From NCBI GenBank assembly GCA_964016885.1, contig OZ024740.1, positions 317,502,001-317,566,000 of the forward strand: a stretch of 64,000 nt of DNA, written 5' to 3'. The notes below the pieces were generated by a model. It was not told where the DNA came from, searched no databases, and saw only the letters and a list, made by a program, of their open reading frames with translations. Both the position numbers and the translations under genes were made by a program. This document shows, piece after piece, positions 53,194 through 64,000 of the stretch; position 1 is the first letter of the stretch; each line of letters begins with the position of its first letter. The DNA comes from Eledone cirrhosa (lineage: Eukaryota).

Positions 53194-53345
53194 GACAACA
53201 GCACCACCACCACCACCAACAACAACAATGACAACAGCACCACCACCACCACCAACAACAACAATGCCAACACCACCACCACCTCCAACAACAACAATGA
53301 CAACACCACCACCACCACCACCAACAACAACAACAATGACAACAG

Positions 53346-53376
<31 letters not shown>

Positions 53377-53528
53377 GACAACAGCACCACCACCACCACC
53401 AACAACAACAATGACAACAGCACCACCACCACCACCAACAACAACAATGCCAACACCACCACCACCTCCAACAACAACAATGACAACACCACCACCACCA
53501 CCACCAACAACAACAACAATGACAACAG

Positions 53529-53559
<31 letters not shown>

Positions 53560-53645
53560 GACAACACCACCACCACCACCACCAACAACAACAACAATGA
53601 CAACAGCACCACCACCACCACCAACAACAACAACAATGACAACAG

Positions 53646-53676
<31 letters not shown>

Positions 53677-53723
53677 GACAACACCACCACCACCACCACC
53701 AACAACAACAACAATGACAACAG

Positions 53724-53754
<31 letters not shown>

Positions 53755-56690
53755 GACAACAGCGCCAACACCACCAACAACAACAATGACAACAGCACCA
53801 CCAACACCACCAACAACAACAATGACAACAGCACCACCACCACCAACAACAACAATGACAACAGCGCCAACACCACCAACAACAACAATGACAACAGCAC
53901 CACCAACACCACCAACAACAACAATGACAACAGCACCACCACCACCACCAACTACAACAATGACAACAACAATGACAACAGCGCCAACACCACCAACAAC
54001 AACAATGACAACAGCACCACCACCACCAACAACAACAACAATGACAACAGCACCACCACCACCACCAACAACAACAACAATGACAACAGCACCACCACCA
54101 CCACCAACAACAACAATGACAACAGCACCACCACCACCACCAACAACAACAATGACAACAGCGCCAACACCACCAACAACAACAATGACAACAGCACCAC
54201 CAACACCACCAACAACAACAATGACAACAGCACCACCACCACCACCAACAACAACAATGACAACAGCACCACCACCACCACCAACAACAACAATGACAAC
54301 AGCGCCAACACCACCAACAACAACAATGACAACAGCACCACCAACACCACCAACAACAACAATGACAACAGCACCACCAACAACAATGACAACAACAATG
54401 ACAACAGCGCCAACACCACCAACAACAACAATGACAACAGCGCCAACACCACCAACAACAACAATGACAACAGCACCAACACCACCACCACCAACAACAA
54501 TGACAACACCACCAACACCAACACCAACAACAATGACAACACCACCAACACCACCAACAACAACAACAACAATGACAACGGCACCACCACCACCACCAAC
54601 AACAACAACAATGACAACAGCACCACCACCACCACCAACAACAACAACAATGACAACACCACCACCACCACCAACAACAATGACAACAGCACCACCACCA
54701 CCACCAACAACAGCAATGACAACAGCACCACCAACACCACCAACAACAACAATGACAACAGCACCAACACCACCACCACCAACAACAACAATGACAACAG
54801 CACCACCAACACCACCAACAACAACAATGACAACAGCACCACCAACACCACCAACAACAACAATGACAACAGCACCACCACCACCACCAACAACAGCAAT
54901 GACAACAGCACCACCACCACCACCAACAACAACAATGACAACAGCACCACCAACACCACCAACAACAACAATGACAACAGCACCACCACCACCACCACCA
55001 ACAACAACAATGACAACACCACCACCAACAACAACAACAATTACAACAGCACCACCACCACCACCAACAACAGCAATGACAACAGCACCACCACCACCAC
55101 CAACAACAACAATGACAACAGCACCACCACCACCAACAACAACAGCAATGACAACAGCACCACCACCACCACCAAAAACAACAATGACAACAGCACCACC
55201 ACCACCACCAACAACAGCAATGACAACAGCACCACCACCACCACCAACAACAACAATGACAACAGCACCACCAACACCACCAACAACAACAATGACAACA
55301 GCACCACCACCACCACCACCAACAACAACAATGACAACACCACCACCAACAACAACAACAATGACAACAGCACCACCACCACCACCAACAACAGCAATGA
55401 CAACAGCACCACCACCACCACCAACAACAACAATGACAACAGCACCACCACCACCACCAACAACAGCAATGACAACAGCACCACCACCACCAACAACAAC
55501 AACAATGACAACACCACCAACACCACCACCAACACCAACAACAATGACAACAGCACCACCAACACCACCAACACCAACAACAATGACAACAGCACCACCA
55601 CCACCACCAACAACAGCAATGACAACAGCACCACCACCACCACCAACAACAACAATGACAACAGCACCACCAACACCACCAACAACAACAATGACAACAG
55701 CACCACCACCACCACCACCAACAACAACAATGACAACACCACCACCAACAACAACAACAATTACAACAGCACCACCACCACCACCAACAACAACAATGAC
55801 AACACCACCACCAACAACAACAACAATGACAACAGCACCACCACCACCAACACCAACAACAATGACAACAGCACCACCAACACCACCAACACCAACAACA
55901 ATGACAACAGCACCACCACCACCACCAACAACAACAACAATGACAACACCACCAACACCACCAACAACAACAATGACAACAGCACCAACACCACCACCAA
56001 CAACAACAATGACAACAGCACCACCACCACCAACAACAACAAAAATGCCAACACCACCACCACCTCCAACAACAACAATGACAACAGCACCACCACCACC
56101 AACAACAACAACAACACCTCCAACAACAACAATGACAACACCACCACCACCACCAACAACAACAACAATGACAACAGCACCGCCACCACCAACAACAACA
56201 ACAATGACAACACCACCACCACCACCAACAACAACAAAAATGCCAACACCACCACCACCTCCAACAACAACAATGACAACAGCACCACCACCACCAACAA
56301 CAACAACAACACCTCCAACAACAACAATGCCAACACCACCACCACCTCCAACAACAACAATGACAACAGCACCACCACCAACAACAACAACAACAACAAT
56401 GACAACAGCACCACCACCAACAACAACAACAATGACAACAGCACCACCACCACAAACAACAATGACAACAGCACCACCACCAACAACAACAACAACAACA
56501 ATGACAACAGCACCACCACCAACAACAACAACAATTACAACAGCACCACCTCCACCACCAACAACAACAACAATGACAACAGCACCACCACCTCCACCAC
56601 CAACAACAATGACTACAGCACCACCACCACCAACACCAACAACAATTACAACAGCACCACCACCACCAACAACAACAACAATGACAACAG

Positions 56691-56721
<31 letters not shown>

Positions 56722-58673
56722 GACAACAGCACCACCACCACCACCAACAACAACAATGACAACAGCACCACCACCACCACCAACAACAACAATGACAACA
56801 GCGCCAACACCACCAACAACAACAATGACAACAGCACCACCAACACCACCAACAACAACAATGACAACAGCACCAACACCACCACCACCAACAACAACAA
56901 TGACAACAGCACCACCACCACCACCAACAACAACAATGACAACAGCGCCAACACCACCAACAACAACAATGACAACAGCACCACCAACACCACCAACAAC
57001 AACAATGACAACAGCACCAACACCACCACCACCAACAACAACAATGACAACAGCACCACCACCACCACCAACAACAACAATGACAACAGCACCACCAACA
57101 ACAATGACAACAACAATGACAACAGCGCCAACACCACCAACAACAACAACAACAATGACAACGGCACCACCACCACCACCAACAACAACAACAATGACAA
57201 CAGCACCACCACCAACAACAACAACAATGACAACAGCACCACCACCACCACCAACAACAATGACAACAGCACCACCACCAACAACAACAACAATGACAAC
57301 AGCACCACCACCACCAACAACAACAATGACAACAGCGCCAACACCACCAACAACAACAATGACAACAGCACCAACACCACCAACAACAACAATGACAACA
57401 GCACCAACACCACCAACAACAGCAATGACAACAGCACCACCACCACCAACACCACCACCAACAACAATGACAACAGCACCACCACCACCAACACCACCAC
57501 CAACAACAATGACAACAGCACCAACACCACCACCAACAACAGCAATGACAACAGCACCACCACCACCAACACCACCACCAACAACAATGACAACACCACC
57601 AACACCAACACCAACACCAACAACAATGACAACACCACCACCACCACCACCACCAACAACAACAATGACAACACCACCAACACCACCAACAACACCAACA
57701 ACAATGACAACACCACCAACACCACCAACAACAACAACAACAATGACAACACCACCACCACCACCACCACCAACAACAACAATGACAACGGCACCACCAC
57801 CACCAACAACAACAATGACAACGGCACCACCAACAACAACAACAACAATGACAACACCACCACCACCACCACCACCAACAACAACAATGACAACAGCACC
57901 ACCACCACCACCAACACCAACAACAATGACAACACCACCAACACCACCAACAACAACAACAACAATGACAACACCACCACCACCACCACCACCAACAACA
58001 GCAATGACAACAGCACCACCACCACCAACAACAACAACAATGACAACAGCGCCAACACCACCACCAACAACAATGACAACAGCACCAACACCACCACCAA
58101 CAACAACAATGACAACAGCACCAACACCACCACCAACAACAATGACAACAGCACCAACACCACCACCAACAACAACAATGACAACACCACCACCACCACC
58201 ACCAACAACAACAATGACAACACCACCACCACCAACAACAACAACAATGACAACACTACCACCACCACCAACAACAACAACAATGACAACAGCACCACCA
58301 CCACCACCAACAACAACAATGACAACGGCACCACCACCACCACCAACACCAACAACAATGACAACACCACCACCACCACCACCACCAACAACAACAATGA
58401 CAACAGCACCAACACCACCACCACCAACAACAACAATGACAACAGCACCACCACCACCACCAACAACAGCAATGACAACAGCACCACCACCACCACCAAC
58501 AACAACAACAATGACAACACCACCAACACCACCACCACCAACAACAACAATGACAACAGCACCACCACCACCACCAACAACAACAACAATGACAACACCA
58601 CCACCACCACCACCAACAACAACAATGACAACAGCACCACCAACACCACCAACACCAACAACAATGACAACAG

Positions 58674-58704
<31 letters not shown>

Positions 58705-59091
58705 GACAACACCACCAACACCACCAACAACAACAATGACAACAGCACCAACACCACCACCAACAACAACAATGACAACAGCACCACCACCTCCAACAAC
58801 AACAATGACAACAGCACCACCACCTCCAACAACAACAATGACAACACCACCACCACCACCACCAACAACAACAATGACAACACCACCACCACCTCCAACA
58901 ACAACAATGACAACACCACCACCACCACCACCAACAACAACAATGACAACAGCACCACCACCTCCAACAACAACAATGACAACACCACCACCACCACCAC
59001 CAACAACAACAATGACAACACCACCACCACCACCACCAACAACAACAATGACAACAGCACCACCACCACCAACAACAACAATGACAACAGC

Positions 59092-59122
<31 letters not shown>

Positions 59123-59301
59123 CCTCCAACAACAACAATGACAACACCACCACCACCAACAACAACAACAACAACAATGACAACAACACCACCACCAACA
59201 ACAACAACAATGACAACAGCACCACCACCACCAACAACAACAACAATGACAACAGCACCACCACCAACAACAACAACAATGACAACAGCACCACCACCAC
59301 C

Positions 59302-59332
<31 letters not shown>

Positions 59333-59355
59333 CCTCCAACAACAACAATGACAAC

Positions 59356-59388
<33 letters not shown>

Positions 59389-61190
59389 GACAACAGCACC
59401 ACCACCACCACCAACAACAACAACAATGACAACAGCACCACCACCACCAACAACAACAATGACAACAGCACCACCACCACCACCAACAACAACAATGACA
59501 ACACCACCACCACCAACAACAACAACAATGACAACAGCACCAACACCACCAACAACAACAACAATGACAACAGCACCACCACCACCAACAACAACAATGA
59601 CAACAGCACCACCACCACCACCAACAACAACAATGACAACACCACCACCACCAACAACAACAACAATGACAACAGCACCAACACCACCACCACCAACAAC
59701 AATGACAACAGCACCACCACCACCAACAACAACAACAATGACAACAGCACCACCACCACCAACAACAACAACAATGACAACAGCACCACCACCACCACCA
59801 ACAACAACAACAATGACAACAGCACCAACACCACCAACAACAACAACAATGACAACAGCACCACCACCACCAACAACAACAACAATGACAACAGCACCAA
59901 CACCACCAACAACAACAACAATGACAACAGCACCACCACCAACAACAACAACAATGACAACAGCACCAACACCACCACCAACAACAACAATGACAACAGC
60001 ACCACCACCACCAACAACAACAATGATAACACCACCACCACCACCAACAACAACAATGACAACACCACCACCACCAACAACAACAATGACAACAGCACCA
60101 CCACCACCAACAACAACAACAATGACAACAGCACCACCACCACCAACAACAACAACAATGACAACAGCACCACCACCACCACCAACAACAATGACAACAG
60201 CACCACCACCACCACCACCAACAACAACAATGACAACAGCACCACCACCACCAACAACAATGACAACAGCACCAACACCACCAACAACAACAATGACAAC
60301 AGCACCACCACCACCACCACCAACAACAACAATGACAACAGCACCACCACCAACAACAACAATGACAACAGCACCAACACCACCAACAACAACAATGACA
60401 ACAGCACCACCACCACCAACAACAACAATGATAACACCACCACCACCAACAACAACAACAATGACAACACCACCACCACCAACAACAACAATGACAACAG
60501 CACCACCACCACCACCACCAACAACAACAATGACAACAGCACCACCAACAACAATGACAACAACAATGACAACAGCGCCAACACCACCAACAACAACAGC
60601 AATGACAACAGCACCAACACCACCAACAACAACAATGACAACAGCACCACCACCACCAACAACAACAATGATAACACCACCACCACCAACAACAACAACA
60701 ATGACAACACCACCACCACCAACAACAACAATGACAACAGCACCACCACCACCACCACCAACAACAACAATGACAACAGCACCACCAACAACAATGACAA
60801 CAACAATGACAACAGCGCCAACACCACCAACAACAACAACAATGACAACAGCACCACCAACAACAATGACAACAACAATGACAACAGCGCCAACACCACC
60901 AACAACAACAACAATGACAACAGCACCAACACCACCACCACCAACAACAACAATGACAACAGCACCACCACCACCACCAACAACAACAATGACAACAGCA
61001 CCACCAACAACAATGACAACAACAATGACAACAGCACCACCACCACCACCAACAACAACAATGACAACAGCACCAACACCACCACCACCAACACCAACAA
61101 CAATGACAACACCACCAACACCACCAACAACAACAACAACAATGACAACGGCACCACCACCACCACCAACAACAACAACAATGACAACAG

Positions 61191-61221
<31 letters not shown>

Positions 61222-63190
61222 GACAACACCACCACCACCACCAACACAATGACAACAGCACCACCACCACCACCAACAACAGCAATGACAACAGCACCAC
61301 CACCACCAACACCACCAACAACAACAATGACAACAGCACCAACACCACCACCACCAACAACAACAATGACAACAGCACCACCACCACCACCAACAACAAC
61401 AACAATGACAACACCACCAACACCACCACCAACACCAACAACAATGACAACAGCACCACCAACACCACCAACAACAACAACAATGACAACACCACCACCA
61501 CCACCACCACCAACAACAACAATGACAACAGCACCACCACCACCACCAACAACAACAACAATGACAACACCACCACCACCACCAACAACAACAATGACAA
61601 CAGCACCAACACCACCACCACCAACAACAATGACAACAGCACCACCACCACCAACACAATGACAACAGCACCACCACCACCACCAACAACAACAACAATG
61701 ACAACACCACCAACACCACCACCAACAACAACAACAATGACAACAGCACCACCACCAACAACAACAACAATGACAACAGCACCACCACCACCACCAACAA
61801 CAACAACAATGACAACACCACCAACACCACCAACAACAACAATGACAACAGCACCAACACCACCACCAACAACAACAATGACAACAGCACCACCACCTCC
61901 AACAACAACAATGACAACAGCACCACCACCACCAACAACAACAAAAATGCCAACACCACCACCACCTCCAACAACAACAATGACAACAGCACCACCACCA
62001 CCAACAACAACAACAACACCTCCAACAACAACAATGACAACACCACCACCACCACCAACAACAACAACAATGACAACAGCACCACCACCACCAACAACAA
62101 CAACAATGACAACAGCACCACCACCACCAACAACAACAACAATGACAACAGCACCAACACCACCACCACCAACAACAATGACAACAGCACCAACACCACC
62201 AACAACAACAATGACAACAGCAGCAACACCACCAACAACAACAATGACAACAGCACCACCACCACCAACAACAACAATGATAACACCACCACCACCACCA
62301 ACAACAACAATGACAGCACCACCACCACCAACAACAACAATGACAACAGCACCACCACCACCACCAACAACAATGACAACAGCACCAACAACAACAATGA
62401 CAACAATGACAACAGCACCAACAACAACAATGACAACAATGACAACAGCACCAACAACAACAATGACAACAGCACCACCACCACCAACAACAACAATGAC
62501 AACAGCACCACCACCACCAACAACAATGACAATACCACCAACAACAACAATGACAACACCACCAACAACAACAATGACAATACCACCAACAACAACAATG
62601 ACAACAGCAACACCACCACCACCAACAACAACAATGACAACAGCACCAACAACAACAATGACAACACCGCCAACACCACCAACAACAACAATGACAACAG
62701 CACCACCACCAACAACAACAATGACAACAGCACCAACAACAACAATGACAACACCACCAACACCACCAACAACAACAATGACAACAGCACCACCACCAAC
62801 AACAACAATGACAACACCACCAACACCACCAACAACAACAATGACAACAGCACCACCACCAACAACAACAATGACAACCGCACCAACAACAACAATGACA
62901 ACAATGACAACAGCACCAAAAGCACCAACAACAACAATGACAACAGCACCAAAAGCACCAACAACAACAATGACAACAGCACCAAAAGCACCAACAACAA
63001 CAATGACAACAGCACCACCAACAACAACAATGACAACAATGACAACAGCACCAAAAGCACCAACAACAACAATGACAACAGCACCAACAGCACCAACAAC
63101 AACAATGACAACAGCACCAAAAGCACCAACAACAACAATGACAACAGCACCACCAACAACAACAGCAGCAGCACCGACAACAGAATAAAT
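48040..63190 (+). repeat. ~15-kb compound trinucleotide satellite, unit ATG-ACA-ACA-(GCA)-(CCA)n-(ACA)n, translating as mucin-like MTTAPPPPTTT
   Basis: Directly visible. ORF 48956-61252 (4098 aa) continues through two frameshifts (~61247, ~61657) to 63188. Confidence 0.95.
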
Positions 63191-63207
63191 AATAATGATA
63201 ATGATGA

Positions 63208-63610
63208 TGTTTCTACTTTAGGCACAAGGCCAGCAATAATTAAACTTTATTTTATCGACCCCGTAAGGATGAAAGGCAAATTTAACCTCGGCGGGATTTG
63301 AACTCAGACTGTAAAGGGACGTAACTATGCTAGAAAGCATGGCGTCCAACCCTCTATCTATACTGCCAATTCCCAGCCCTATATAATAATAATAATTTCT
63401 ACCAAAGGTACAAGGCCAGCAATTCTGAGGAAAGGGGAAGTCAATCAAATCGACCCTAGTGCATTACTGGTACTATATTTTATAGTTCCCGTAAGGATGA
63501 AAGGCAAAGTTAACCTCTGCGGGATTTGATCTCAGATTATAAAGGGCCGTAACTCTGTGCTGCAAAACATGCGTCTGACTCTCTACCGATACTGCCAATC
63601 CACCGCCTTC
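63208..63610 (-). mobile_element. Two tandem tRNA-derived SINE copies
   Basis: Family motifs at 63208-63380 and 63396-63610. Confidence 0.87.
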
Positions 63611-63857
63611 AATAACAATACTGATGATAATAATATTTCTTTTTTATCGACTTCAAGTCCCACATATGCAATACAACACATGTCATACAATGGCGGTTAT
63701 ATACTATGTAAAGATGTGTAGAAACGTAATGTCATATAATGAGCTCAATATTCATACATATAAGAACAATACACTTTTACAAGACCAAGGTTTGATCAAG
63801 TTATCCAACAAATCTCGCACAATTCTGTTCTCTGTTATCATTATCGTTTACCTGCTA

Positions 63858-64000
63858 TGGATTGGCAGTATCGGTAGAGAGTCGGACGCCATGCTTTCCA
63901 GCATAGTTACGTCCCTTTACTATCTGAGTTCAAATCCCGCCGAGGTTGACTTTGCCTTTCATCCTTACGGGGTCGATAAAATAAAGTACCAGTAATGAAC
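63858..64000 (+). mobile_element. tRNA-derived SINE (runs off the window)
   Basis: ggattggcagtatcggtag...gagttcaaatcccgccgagg...gataaaataaagtaccagt. Confidence 0.88.

Noticed and set aside
48865-63225. 4786-aa Gly/Val, Cys/Trp and Leu/Val ORFs on the minus strand
   Set aside because: They are automatic translations of TGT/TGG/CAT repeats that lack stop codons, with no independent coding evidence.

Overview
This is repeat-dense animal genomic DNA, not prokaryotic. The SINE family and microsatellite landscape resemble octopus/cephalopod genomes (inference). Nearly all long ORFs in the track are microsatellite artefacts, and I found no confidently intact host gene. Main contents: (1) a head-to-tail array of L1/Tx1-type LINEs at 7.2-17.2 kb and an inverted full-length copy at 26.3-31.8 kb, mostly bounded by (ATT)n runs. 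The two full-length copies have near-identical ORF2 and 3'UTR, including the same in-frame TGA, but very different ORF1/5' modules. (2) Two R4/Dong-like RLE retrotransposon fragments in (TAA)n. (3) Penelope-like remnants and several type I hammerhead ribozymes, including a U3-A8 compensated core and a fold-back with a hammerhead on each strand. (4) A 690-bp tandem/dispersed repeat, a probable solo LTR with a 79-bp minisatellite, hAT/mariner/pogo-like MITEs, RTE and CR1-like fragments, and many tRNA-derived SINEs. (5) A ~15-kb ACA/CCA/ATG/GCA compound satellite that reads as a mucin-like Pro/Thr ORF. A few weak Cys-rich candidate exons lie on the minus strand. All alignments and folds were done by eye, and repeat boundaries are approximate.
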